From: Balamuthia mandrillaris
Taxonomy: Eukaryota
Direction: 5' to 3'
Assembly (NCBI GenBank): GCA_031835245.2
Contig: JAVKOQ020000074.1
Location: 62,001-126,000 of the forward strand
DNA: 64,000 nt
The translations under genes were made by a program, and so were the position numbers. Below, in pieces: positions 34,993 to 48,287 of this stretch (its first letter is position 1; each line of letters starts with the position of its first letter). Under the pieces are notes generated by a model. That model did no database searches, was not told the origin of the DNA, and saw only the letters and a program-made list of their open reading frames with translations.

Positions 34993-37152
34993 CCATCACA
35001 TGAGGGATAGAAAGAACGCGAAGACAGGAGAGCATGAACACATCATTCTTCGGCTTAGAGACAATCATATTGCTTTGAACAGCCACCATCAGTAACCCAT
35101 AAAAGAAAATAATACATGAAAGAAAGAGAAGAGAGTTACATGAATTTGTTAACGCCGCCAACAACGGTGCATTTGCCAGCATCAGCCACGTCGATGCGCT
35201 GCAGCACCTCCAAAAACGTTTGCACTTTAGTGTTACTCTCCTTGTTGGTCTCCTTTCGAGAGTCGTGTTCCAGAAAACTCAAAAAGTAGGTAGCTAGGCG
35301 AGTTAACTCCGTGTCTGAGATATCGGTGCAATATAGAAGTAAGTCCCGCAGAAGTTGCTGTTGATTCGATAAGAACTCGTTTAGTAAAACGAACAAGAAA
35401 GAACGAAACAACAAGAAGATACCAATTTGTCCTTTTCAATTAATGTTGGGACTAAAGTAGGACAGGACTGAGTGTAGACCTCTTGAGTATGCAAAAGAGT
35501 GGCGAGCGGCTCCCAAAAGCCAGACTCCAGGCAGCGATGCACCGCTTTTGTCACAAAGAGAGGAGATAGGCAGGCGATGACTTGAGGGTTGTCTCGCAAT
35601 GTGTGTTCCATTTTGGCAAATTGCTTCTTTGCTCTCTTGCGTGACTTATACTTGACCACTATTTTATTATAATGGTAAGAAAAACCAACTAAAACCAAAC
35701 AGAAAAGAAAGAAAATACAAACGAAAAGAAACTAGAGAAGAAGGAAATACCTAGAGCATGATACTTCGCCTCAGTTTGTTTGCTTTCCAGAAAAGGAGTA
35801 AATATGGCCTGAAAGCTTTCGGCAGAGGGAGTCTTTGTTGGATCGATCAACTGCCGCAGAACGGCTTCCTCCTCCTCGTTGAGACTGTCAACGCCGCGCT
35901 CCCATTCCTTGTCGGTAAGTTCCAACACGGTCATTCCTCGGAACCTCGCTCTCAACTTGCTTTTGTTCTCTAGATCTTGTGCTTGTACGTCTTCTGTTTC
36001 CATTTCTTTTCTCTCTTTCTTGCTGCCGCCGTCTTCTACCAGTATCATAGTATCTTTTCCGGTGCTCTTCCTTTTGTTTTTCTTGTTGACTTTTCCTTTG
36101 CTCTTTTTGTCATCTCCATCTTCTTTTGCTTCTTGTTCATCTTTTTCTTCCGGTTGCTGCTCGTCTCCTTTACTGCCCTCTTCTGCTCTCAATCGTAGAG
36201 CTTTGTCTAAGTACTCCTCCAGAGCAATGTTGGCTATAAAGGGAGGGGCAGAGGCTGATACTGGATCGGCCATCATAGCAGCGGTGGCGTTCATCCTGCC
36301 AACAGAGAATGCAAGCGTGGGGGGAGGGATGTAGATGGAGCAGATGGCTATGTGGTGGTCCAGAGCAAGGGCAAGGTACGAGGCAGAGCCGCCAGTTGCG
36401 TCTTCTCTTGGTTTGGCCATTTGGATGGCTCGTTCGTGGGATTGTATGGGAGTCACCACCATCGTTTCTGACTCTTCAAAAACTATTTCCTGCGTGCCGT
36501 GCAATACGCCGTATTTTGTATCCCAAATTGTCAGCACGACTTCGTTTTGATTGTTGTTAGTTTTTGTAGGAAACGCGAACAAGATAAGACCAAAGAAAGG
36601 TAAAGTGAAGGAGGGGAGAGAGAGAGAGAGAGGCCAAGAGAGAGAGGGAGAGAGAGTGAGGGGGAAGAGGGAGAGAGAGAGAGAGAGAGAGAGAGAAAGT
36701 AAAATACCTTTGTCGTCTTGTTTTAGATCGTGGGTGGAATGCCGTCGGCCAGCCAAAGCCAAAAAGGACTGGTAAAACATACCTACCACTCCCTTTTTTC
36801 CAACCGTAGTAGATCCAACTTGCAAACCTTCAAAGGAGGAAGACGCGTCATTTTGATGGCCGTTGCCTATGCCATTAATCAAAGACGAAGAAGCGGCAGA
36901 TCCTCTCTTCTTCTTCCTGTTCTTTGAGTTGTTCTTCTTGTCATTAGCTGGAGTTGTTGGTAAGGTGGTATTGTCAGAAAGTTTAAAGCTGCCAAGGTGA
37001 GTAGATAATTGTAAGTGGTAGGAAGGTGTTGATGAATTGTTAGCAAATGGACCCTCTTTGGTCAAGGCTTGAAGTGTTGGAAAATTGAAGATATCAAGAT
37101 GTCCGTCGTTCCCTGTTGATGATAGATGAGTAAATGATAAGCCAGACAGAAG

Positions 37153-37189
<37 letters not shown>

Positions 37190-37808
37190 TCAAAAAAAAA
37201 CATACAATAAATAGAAAAACTGCGAGAGGAGAAGTCTAAAGAAAAGTCAACAATGAACGCCGATGAAGATGTGGTAGAAGAAGAGGCAGAAGAGGAAGAG
37301 GGAACGATGGTATGGCAAGCCAGCCAAGAAATCTCTTGCGGCTTCGTAGGAGCGTTGCGCTCCTCAGGGGTCATGTTTGCCTTCTTTCGTTTCTTGCGTT
37401 GAAAAGCGGCTGAAGGAGAGACAGCAAAGACGTGCAGCTGATAACTGCGGCCTGTCTTTTCGGCAGGCTTCTTGGAAGACGAGGAAGAAGTAGAAGAAAG
37501 AGAAGAAGTGAGCAAGAAAGTGTAGAAACATCCAGTGCTTTCGGAGCCAGCGCTGTGTACTGCCTCCACCCTCCATCCATTGTCGTTTGCTTCTTGTTGC
37601 TGAGCAGAGAGGGAGTCAGGGTAAACGGCGTCTGAGGCTTGATCCAATTTGGAGTGACAGAGGCGGAGAGAACCGTCCGCAAAGACCAACAGAAGACTAT
37701 CCACCAACAATGTGCTGTGCAACACTTGAACTATCGTTTGTTTGAACTGATGGAAACAAGTTTTTATGATAAGTCACGCAATTAATTAACGACAAGAAAG
37801 AGAGGGAG

Positions 37809-37854
<46 letters not shown>

Positions 37855-38118
37855 AGGAAGGGCAACCTTGTAAGTGCTTGCGGTGAGAGTGGCATGCCGA
37901 CGAGTCCAAGAGCAGAGCTCGTTTCGGTCAAGAACGGCGAAGAAGCGGCCCTCGGTGACACCCAAATGCGGGAACGTAACCTCCATGGCCGGGACGGTCA
38001 GGGTCCTTCCTGATTGCAGCGACCAACTGTGGACACATTTTTGATCAAACACCTTCATTGTTTTTTTTTGCGAATGATTTCATCGGCGTTCAGATTTTCG
38101 TGTTGAAATCGTGAAAAT

Positions 38119-38149
<31 letters not shown>

Positions 38150-38300
38150 AAAGTGTTTGAGAGAAAAAAAAAACCTCGTAGACATCAACGCCTTTGTCTT
38201 GCACGGTGACCACGAGTTCAGTGCTGGATAGTCCGGGATTGATCCCGAGGATGGGATGATCCCTCGTCGTCTGCAACAAGAGAAAACAAGAGCTGTCCAT
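34299..38300 (-). CDS. NOL11: Nucleolar protein 11 (NOL11/Utp8-like SSU processome component)
   Basis: N-terminal VVTVQDKGVDVYE|VFDQKCVHSWSLQSG, LTIWDTKYG, C-terminal VVDWINLLIDSHL...DYSIEVLLL. Confidence 0.8.
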
Positions 38301-38605
38301 CGAGCGCTACTCTTTTTTTAAAAATTTAATATTTCTCAGCTGGCTTGCTTCTCGCTGCGTTGTGTTTTTTTTTTTCTCCTCTTCTTCTTATTTTCTTCTC
38401 CGGACTTTTTTTTGTCTTGCTTCTCTCGTGTCCTCTCTCCCTGTTCGCAACTATTTGTCGACATAGAGAAGAGACAGGCAGCTAATATGGAACAACAATG
38501 ATCAACCAATGAAAAACCAAAGGATATTTTTGTCGACGATTGGATTTCTCATTTCAGAAATTGGCGGGAGACTCTCGCTTGTGCAGGAGGAACGGGTGAA
38601 ACGCT

Positions 38606-39757
38606 ATGGAAGCGGAGAGGAGTCCTGTGATGATTTTGGGTTACTGGGCCATTCGCGGGGTTCGTTCACACACCCCCACTTGACTTTTTTCTTCTAAAGG
38701 CTGAATGTAAAGGAAAGCGAGGCTTATTCATTTTTATGTTTTTCTCTCCCCCTCTTCTCTCTCTTTGTTATATAACGAAAGCTGGCTCAACCGATTCGCT
38801 TCTTGTTGGAGTACGTTGGCGAGCCCTATGAAGACCGCAAGTACGTTCAAGGGGACGGTCCTGAGTTCAGCCGTGAAGAGTGGCTCAGTGTTAAGCACAC
38901 GCTTGGTCTCGCTTTCCCCAACGTAAGTTCTAGCTTCTTCTCGTTCTTTCTTCATCTGTCTCCTTCTCCTTCTCCTTCTCCTTCTCCTTCTCCTTCTCCT
39001 TCTCCTTCTCCTTCTCCTTCTCCTTCTCCTTCTCCTTCTCCTTCCCTTCTCCTTCTCCTTCTCCCTCTCTTCTCCTTCTCCTTCTCCTTCTCCTTCTCTC
39101 TTGCTCACGCTACTCTCTATTTTCGCAGCTGCCCTACTTGATCGATGGCGAGGTGAAGCTCACTCAAAGCAACGCTATCCTTCGTTACATTGCCCGCAAG
39201 CACAACCTCCTGGGCAGCAACGAGGAGGAGACTTGCCTCGTGGACATGCTCCTGGATGAAGCCATGGACTTTAGAAACGGCCTCGTCCGCACTGTTTACA
39301 ACCCTGACTATGTTCGTTATCCCCTCCTTGTTCTTCTTCCTTCTTGCTTCTTGCTTGCTTCTCACCATTCCACATGCAGGAGAACCTTTGGGCCAAGTAC
39401 ACGAAAGACGTTCTCCCCGGCAGGTTGGCCGCCTTTGAGAAGTTCTTGGGCGAAAAGCCTTTCTTCATCGGGGACAAGGTCTGGTCCTCTTTCCGCTTCT
39501 TTCTCCTCCTCTTCCTCTCATTCTCCTTCCTCTCTTGCCTCGACCAACGCACCAACAAACAGATAACGGTGGTGGACTTTCCTCTGTACGAGCTGTTGGA
39601 CCAGCACAGGCTCATGAAGGAGGACTGTTTGGAGGGCCACCCCAGGCTCAAGGAGTTCCTCGTCCGCTTTGAGCAGCTGGACCGCATCGCTGCCTACCTC
39701 GCCTCCGATCGCTTCGCCGCTCGCCCCGTCAACAACAAAGTGGCTGCCTGGAAGTAA
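38606..39757 (+). CDS. Glutathione S-transferase, Mu class (5 exons)
   Basis: ILGYWAIRG|LAQPIRFLLEY...GDGPEFSREEWLSVKHTLGLAFPN|LPYLIDGEVKLTQSNAILRYIARKHNL; mu-loop present. Confidence 0.95.
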
Positions 39758-39842
39758 TTGAAGAAATACATCCAACAAACAAACAAAAAAGTTTTCTTTC
39801 TTTTCTGTCTCATCTCATCCTCCTTTCTATCAAGATTGTCTT

Positions 39843-39878
<36 letters not shown>

Positions 39879-40087
39879 GTTGTTTCTTTCGATTTGATTT
39901 GACAAGAAATCATTCGAATCGATTTGAGTAGAGGAAGATAAGATGAAAAGGAAGCGGAACAAACCAAAAAAAAAAGGGGGGAAAGGGAAAAGCAAAGGGG
40001 AAAGGGGGCTTTTTTAAGGAGAGGAAGAGAAGAGGAAGAACAAAAAAAATAATTCATTCTGCTTGGCTTAGTTTTTTTTCGATTTGT

Positions 40088-40627
<540 letters not shown>

Positions 40628-41384
40628 TTAAAACAAAAAAAAGGGTGTGTGTGTGGGTGCGCGTTTGCTTCCTCTTCTCTTTCAAAAAAAAAACAAACAA
40701 AAAGGGGCAAAGGTGTCTTCTCTCCCTTTAAAAAAAAGCCTTTTTGCTACCTTTTTTTGGTTTTTTTTCGTTTGCAAAAGGATTTATTTTATTTTTCCGC
40801 GTCCCATAACGTGAAAATTTGTCCCGGAGTTGGTCTTTTGGTCGACAAAATATCTATAAATGGAACTATAAATAACTCCGTGCCAATACTCGGATCTTGA
40901 CACGTCAGCTGTTTCAATATTTTCGCTTTCCTTCCGCGTTGATCCTTGCCTTTCTTGGACCAATTCTTAAATGTCCCTTGTGGGAAAAATAATCCAAGAA
41001 AGAACAACTTTGTGGTTTGTGTTTTTAGTGTTTGTTGAAACAAAAAAAAAAAAAACAAAACCCTTTTTCTCTCTCTTCCTTCCTTTCTTTTCTTCTTTTC
41101 TTGCTTTTTTCAGGACTTTCTCGTTCAAACAAAAAAAAAAAAGAGTTTTGAGAAGGAAACAAAAAAACGCCTTCATATTTCCTGTGGCGAGCAACAAACA
41201 AGAGGACAGAAAGCAAGAGAACAAAAAGTACGCCCAAGGTCGTGAAGAAGGAAGCAAGTAGAAGAAGCATAGAAAGAAGAAAGAAGCAGAAAGGAGCAAA
41301 CAAGAACAGAAACCGATCGTCCTTCTTCGTCAAACCTCTCAACGACAAGAAAGACTCCCCCAAGCAACAACACAAACAACAGAG

Positions 41385-41756
41385 ATGAGAACTGAATCGA
41401 TACAGTTTGAAGTAGAGGTGGCCGCTTCAGCAGAGACCATTTGGAAGGTGGTGGGCGACTTCACCGAAGTGCCCTGGTTGGTCGCTCTCGGCTTCAAAAT
41501 AGTGGACGGCTTGGACTCCTCCTCCACGCCCTACCGGCTCAAGTTCACCTTTGTGCCGGCCTCCGCCGCAACGCCCTACCACAACTGGGCGGGGGAGATC
41601 TCGATCGAGCCGCTGGGCTCCTCTTGCCGGACGGTCTGGGTGAGCACGTTTGAGGTGGACGAGGCCAAAGAGAGGGAGGTCACCTCCTTCATCACGGCCA
41701 TCATGAAGAACGGGCTGACCGGCTTGAAGAGGATGGTGGAGACGCAAGAAGAATGA
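41385..41756 (+). CDS. SRPBCC / polyketide-cyclase-like (Bet v1-like) small protein, intronless
   Basis: VEVAASAETIWKVVGDF..PW, ISIEPLGSSCRTVWVSTFE and C-terminal helix GLTGLKRMVE. Confidence 0.72.
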   Translation: MRTESIQFEVEVAASAETIWKVVGDFTEVPWLVALGFKIVDGLDSSSTPYRLKFTFVPASAATPYHNWAGEISIEPLGSSCRTVWVSTFEVDEAKEREVTSFITAIMKNGLTGLKRMVETQEE

Positions 41757-42255
41757 AAGAAAGAAGGAGAAAGAAAAAAAAGAAGGCAACGAAACGAGTG
41801 GACGGAGGAAAAGGGATTGTACCAAGTATATAAGACGGGAGAAGAAGGAAGAAGACAACCAGGTGGAATGACTGTTTGTTTTCGTTTGTTTGTTAGTTTG
41901 TAGAAGAGGGGAGGATGCCACAACAAAGGTTGGGGCGCAGCTCTCTCGCATGTGAAAAAAGCAGAAAAGAAAAGGGAAAAAGAAGGGGCGCAGGAGAAGA
42001 AAAGTTTGTAAGACATGTTTGACCAGCGATATTCCAAGGCCGAGTGATGTCAAATAACATTGCTTTTAATTTTTCTTTCCCCCGGCTCTTGCGTGCATTC
42101 CTCAACAATCAAATCTCGCTTTCGACTGGTTCCTCTCGAATCAAACCTGGTTTTTCATTGGTAGATCCTCCGTTCCATCTAAAACACACGAGTTTTCTTT
42201 CTTTTTTTCAACTTTTGTTTTTTCTCTCCGCTTCCAGGCATCGATTTTATTTTTT

Positions 42256-44164
42256 TTATGACAACAATTCAGGGGTGCCTTGTTCCACGAGGAGGAGGGT
42301 GTCATGCACTTTCTTGGTCCAGTCGTCCAGCCTGTCCTTCATCGTGCTGATCTGCTCCATGCCCAACACGCGGGGTTGCACCCACGTCACGTTCACCGTT
42401 TGGGTGAGCTGATCGATTTGTCCTCGCAACAGCTTCAACGAAAGGCTCTTCATTATCAACAACTCCACCTGTTTTTGTTTTTGTTTGCAGAGTTTCGCAT
42501 GTGAGAAAAGAACGTTCAAACGAACAAAGCTACAAGCGAAAAAAAGAAAGGAAAGAGAGAGAGAGAGGAGGAGGAGGAGGCAGAGAACAGAAGAACGAAA
42601 TGAAAAGAAAGATAGCAACGACAAGAGAGAAAGAAGGAAAGAAGGAACAGAAAATCACTAATAGAAGAAAAAGTACCACATCGATGGGAAGTTTGGTGGC
42701 CTCAGCGATGACGTTGAAGGGAATGTTGCGATCCATAGCCTTCCTGTTGAACACCAATTCCATCAAGCAGAGGATGGAGATCTTCTCTTTGAGCAGTTCA
42801 GAATTTCTCACGAGACCTTCCTAAAAGGTTTTGTTTGTTGAAAAGTTAGAAAGGAAGAAAGCTTTTTTTTTTGTGCAAACCAAAAAGCAAAAACAATATA
42901 AAGCAACGAAAGAAAACAACGATTAAAATATACCTCTTTAGAGAGGCGGTCGTTGTATTGAGCCACGAGAGCTTCATATTTTTCAATGTCACCAGCGTTG
43001 AAGGCGCGGAGGAAATGAGCCAACCATTCGTGCCCCGTTCCCAACAAAGACTCGAAGATAGGATGAGCAATCTACATCATAGTACAAAAAAGAAAATAAC
43101 CCAAAAAAAAAGCCGGTCAAAATAAACAAGAATTTGAAAAGATAATTGAGACGTATGAAACTACAAAAGAAAAAGCAGCAGCAAAAAAGAAAGCAGCAGA
43201 CAAGAAACTGAAAAAAGTGAACACAACAAGGCACAACGAGAACTAGACGTACCAAATCACCAAAGTTATACAAGTCCTCTCCAATAAGAGCGGCCAGGCC
43301 GAGCTCATAAGCCAGCTGCTCCTTCTCCGCAGCGGGCAGGGCCTCCAGGTTCATGTAAGACAGGAAGAGCATGGCGTTCTTGTAGTACTCAGCGGGGCGG
43401 CCTTTCAGCTTTTGCAGGTCGGCCTTGGCTCTGTAAAAGTTGGAGTAGACGCTAGTGTCAATGCCGGTGGCCGTCTCGAGGCTCTTCTCGATGGAGTCCA
43501 GCAGCTCGGCGGCTTGCTCATGGGTCTCAGTGCGGAGAAGGAGATACTGGGCCTGCACGGAGCGGAGGAGGAGGTAGGGTGCAGGGCTCTCTTTGTTGGC
43601 AGAGAGCTTGGTGGCCATTGTGTCGAGGAAGGAGATGGCCTCGTTCAAGTCTGGCATCGTGAAGAAAAGCAAATGAAAGGATCAAGCATAAAGAGAGCGA
43701 CGAGAAGCGAAAGGAGAGCAACAAAAACGCAAGTAAGCAAAGTGAAAAAGAGTGAAGAAGAAGAAACTTCATACCTTTATGTGCTTTGGCGATGGTGACG
43801 ATGATTTGGGCAAAGGATAGTTGGTTGATCTTGTTCTCAAACGTTCTCATAAACTCTTCATAGAGGCGCAGCAAGTGGTTGTCCTCCTTCATCTCTGGCT
43901 GCTCCACCAGCTCCAACAGTTTGACAGTAAGATTGTGCCATAATCTTTTAAAACGACAAAAATATAAAAACAGCAACAGTTAAACCATAACTTTTTTTTA
44001 AAAAAATCTCATCGAAAGCATCACTACTTTAAAAATCCAAAAAAAAAAATACACACTCACCTCTTCTCATGAAAAGCCTTAATCTCTGCAAATCGGTCGC
44101 CCAACTTGGAGTTGCAGTACTCTTCCAAGAACTTGGTTTCAGGCTTCTCTTTTGGGGCTTGCAT
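42256..44164 (-). CDS. PSMD13: 26S proteasome lid subunit Rpn9/PSMD13
   Basis: HEKR|LWHNLT, FENKINQL, LGLAALIGEDLYNFGDL, KISILCLMELVF, VELLIMKSLSLKLLRGQIDQ...VTWVQPRVL. Confidence 0.95.
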
Positions 44165-44381
44165 TCCTAACTGTGTGCGAAGAAGAAGAAGAAGAAAGGC
44201 GTCGCTTTGTGTTTCTCTTCTTTCACTTTTCTTCTACTCTCTTTTTTTTCACCAACAAAAACTTGAGTGTCTTCGAGTGAGTCTCGGTTATCCTTTTCCA
44301 AGCAAATTTACACCTCGGCGAGTCCAACCTCATATACACAAACAAGATCTTGTTAGAAAGAACACGAAAGTGAAAAAGAAA

Positions 44382-47158
44382 ATGGAGGAAGGAGAGACAC
44401 TGCCACCACCTCCTTCCACTTCCAAGGTAGTGGTGGTAGGTGGTCAAGCCAACGGCCAGAGCATGCGCCGCGGTGGTGGTGGTGGTGGGGGTGGCCAACT
44501 AGCACCGCCACGGCACGGCGTGGCTGCCCTCCCACCATGGACGCCCTTTGACCTCGTCACCTTTGAGAGGTTGGCCCATCAATGGCAGGACTATGCCGAG
44601 GATCTGGAGCGCCAGCTGGCCGAGGAGAGGGAGGAGCGACAGAGAGAGCGGCAGCGCCACCAACGCAGGCCCGCCAACTCACTGAGGCCGGAGGAGCGGC
44701 GCTCAAGCACGGTGAAGGAGGCCGAGGCCTTCGTGAGCGACTTCTCCGTCGTCAAGAAGAAGCAAAACAAGGAGAGGCCACGGGGGCATTGCGAGGGAGA
44801 GCTAGTCTCACTCAAACAACAACAGAGAGGTGAAGAAGACGGAAAGAAGAAAGAAGGAGACGGAGAGAAAGTGGAGGAGATCATCCCCAAAGAAAGCGGT
44901 GCAGAGGCAGGAACAGAAGAGGCGTTCAAGTGGGGAAAGGGGCAAAGAGAAGGAGCAATGGAGAGGGTGAGAGAGCAGTTGGAGCGGAGCGAAAGGGAGA
45001 GGAGCATGGCGGAAGGGGAGCTGCGCTCCCTCCGGGCGGAGCAACAACGGTGGCAACAAAAGCTGGAGGAGAGCGAAAGGGAGCGAACGGCCATCCAAGC
45101 GAAGCTGCAACGAAGCGAAGCAGAGAACCGCCGACTCAAAGAAGAACTCCTTTTGTTGAGGCAACAAAGAGAAGATGAAAAAGTTAAACAACAGCAAAAC
45201 GAACAAACAGAAGAAGCAGAAGAAGCGATAATTGTGGAAAAAGAAGAAGTTGAAGGAGGAGAAGAAGAATGGGATGACTTGAATATAGAGGACGAACCGT
45301 GGGTTGACGGGTTCATTTTTCGATGGGAAGAAGCGTCCTCGTTTTACTCTAACTGTAACTCTTGCTCTTCTGGCTCTTCTTCATCTTCATCTACTTCTGG
45401 TTCTACTTCTGGCGGTTCTTCTTTCCCTCCTTCTTCTTTCCCTTCGTCAGTTTCTCTTCCTATTGTTTCTTCTTCTTCTTGTTCTTCTTCTTCTTCTTCT
45501 TCTTCTTCTTCTTCTTCTTCTTCTTCTTCTTCTTCTTCTTCTTCTTCTTCTTCTTCTTCTTCTTCTTGTTCTTCTCTTCTTCTTCTTCTTCTTCTTCTTC
45601 TTCTTCTTCTTCTTCTTCTTCTTCTTCTTCTTCTTCTTCTTCTTCTTCTTCTTCTTCTTCTTCTTCTTCTTCTTCTTCTGCACCAAAGAAACGAATCGCC
45701 AAGCGAAAGCTCTCGAAACGTTCTTCTACAGCTCTCCCTAGCGACGAATCCTCTGACAACAATAATGACAACCACAGAAATCATAAGAACCACAAAACAG
45801 AGAAGAAAAAGAAAAAGAAAAGCGAAAAGCGAAAGAGCAAACGACGAAAGACAAACTCGTCATCATCTGATAATTCTCGCAAAGAGAAAGAAACAAGAGA
45901 CAATCAACAAACAAGAGCGAAACCAGATATTTCTTTTCCATATGATGCAGAAGAAGAAGATCCTCTTCTGGCGCGGCCAAAATGCGAGGTGCTAAGAGCA
46001 GCAGAATGGGCTTTGCAGGAGGCGAAGAGGCCTATGACAGCTACTGCTATCATGAGTATGTCTTTCTTTTGTAAACTTATATCACTGCTTTGGTGTCTTT
46101 TTTCGTATCGTAACAATATCAACACATGCAAAACTTAAAACAGAAACACCGTATCTCACCGGCCTAGACCAACGCGTCAACTCTTTGATTCTGCGGTTGA
46201 ACGCCACTTTGAAAGATCCCGATAGTCCCTTTATACGCATCAGCGAAACTCTATATGGCTTGAAACGACATTTGGACTATTATTGTGATGCAAGAATAGC
46301 AAAGAAGGCAACTAAAGAACAACAAGAGCAAGAAAAGAAGAAAAAGAGAAAGAAAACCAAAGAGAAGGAGGAAAAGCGGGTGGAGGACACACAAGAAAAA
46401 GAACAAGCAGCGAAAGAACCAAAAGAAGAAAAACCTAAAGTAGACGAAAAGAAAAGTGATGATGTGGAAACGAAAGGTCACGATGACGACATTTTCTACA
46501 CTGATGAGAATGGTAAAAAGCACAAACAGCCGTTGCTTATCAAGGTTGTGTGGCACGTGCTAAAAACTCAACGTAAGCCAATGAGTTGCGTGGAGATTGC
46601 AGCATTATGCAATGGTACCTTTTCTTTTCTTTTCTTTTTGCTTTCTTCCTCTCGAGCTTGTTTCTTCTTGTTCCTCTTCGTTTTTCTGCTTCTTTCTTAT
46701 TGTTCTTGTTCTTCTTCTGGTTCGTTCTTCTTCTTCTTCTTGTTCTTCTTCTTGTTCTTCTTCTTCTTCTTCTTCTTCTTCTTCTTCTTCTTCTTCTTCA
46801 TCATCTTTGTTCTTATGCAAACACTCACAAACAACCAGAACAAGTGAAACCATACAGCTGGTGCCACACCACAGTAAACATTGCACTGCTGCGAAACATC
46901 CCGCTGCACATGCGAGCGGAGCGTGCACAGCGGAACAGGAGACCCAAGAAGCCCAGCAAGCAGAACGCCAGGAGAAGTTGCTACGGATTGGAGGCCAGTC
47001 CCTTTGTACATTTGGATGTGGACCTGTTCGGCCTGAAGGAACATGTGGAATACTACAAGGAGCTAGGATACAGCGTGGGCGGCAACTGTCTAAGGCAGAC
47101 GTCCTCTGCGAAGGAAGGAGAAGCAGCAGAAGAAAAAAGAGAAGCGGAAGGTATCTGA
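44382..47158 (+). CDS. Coiled-coil, poly-Ser protein with two HARE-HTH-like winged-helix domains (apparent -1 frameshift in a TCT repeat near 45575)
   Basis: EVLRAAEWALQEAKRPMTATAIM|KTP...DSPFIRISETLYGLK and KVVWHVLKTQRKPMSCVEIA...ASPFVHLDVDLFGLK. Confidence 0.65.
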
Positions 47159-47347
47159 AAAGTGTCCTCCGCACCGTGTAGCTCATCGTAACCTCACGTC
47201 CCCTCCATTTCTCCGGTACAGCCCTTCCTCCCGGACGGACATGAAGAAAATCAAATAATGTCCAAAGCAACGCTGCAAACAACGATACCTCTGCAAATAC
47301 AAATCCACCCTTATCAATTCTTATTTTTTTTGTTGAAAGTTTCAAAG

Positions 47348-48287
47348 ATGTCGAAAGAAGAGGAGGAACAGATGGACATCACAGCGGTCGTCTTCGATGC
47401 AGGAGGCGTCTTGGTGGGCAACGTGCCCGAGGAAATGCTCATCGAGCTGAGCGGCCGCTACGAGGGCGAGGAAGCCGAGGCCATCCGCTGGGCTCACCGC
47501 ACCAAAGAGGGCAAAGGCGGCGTCTGCTACGGCCTGTGGTCCAAGCTGAAGAAAGATCCCCGATTCACCGACACTGACTATTGGAACGGCTTCAAATCGA
47601 TTTGTACCTCAACCACTCCTCTTTTTTCTTTTGAAAAGCTCATTCTGAAGTTAAAAAAAAAAGTGCCATTCGTGAAAGAAAGTGTGGAAGAGCTCAAGGA
47701 GATGTTGGCTGACAGCGCAGAGTGTCACCTGGAGGTGTTGGAGATCGCAACGAAAGCCAAGAGCAGCGGCAGAGCGGTTGGCATACTCAGCAACCATGCC
47801 ACCGCTTGGTTCGAAGTCTTTGTCCAAAAGTTCAACTTTGAGGCTGTTTTTCCCAGAGAGTTGGTTCGCTTGCCTTTCCCTCTCTCTTCTGTGCTTCTCT
47901 CCTATTCTCGTGCTCTCGTTCTATCTCTCACCTCTGCTGTTACGCTACACCCTCTGTGCCTTTCATTAACATGCTTCTCTTCTCTTTTTCTCTTTGCTTC
48001 TCTCTCTCTCTCTCTCTCTCTATCCTCTTCCTCTCTCTTTTCAGATGGTCGTCTCACAAGACGTGGAATGCGCCAAACCAGAGCAACGGATCTACGAAAT
48101 CCTTCTGGAAAGACTGGCCAAACTGGACGGAGAGCTGACCCCCTCCCAAGTGGTCTTCATCGATGACAAAGGGGAGAATTGCGAGGCCGCCAAAGGGTGC
48201 GGCCTCAAAGCCATCAACTTTAATGCTGAACAGGAGCCAGCAGCCAACTTGCTCAACGCTCTCTCCAAGTTGGGTGTTTCTTTGTAA
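47348..48287 (+). CDS. HAD-superfamily hydrolase (subfamily IA, YihX/ACAD10-N-like)
   Basis: AVVFDAGGVL, GILSNH, SQDVECAKPEQRIY, VVFIDDKGENCEAAKGCGL. Confidence 0.9.

Noticed and set aside
23766..38300. UTP18 and NOL11 (both SSU processome) as a functional cluster; likewise STAT, saposin and TIR as an immune island
   Set aside because: They are separated by many unrelated housekeeping genes, which is compatible with chance in a gene-dense genome.
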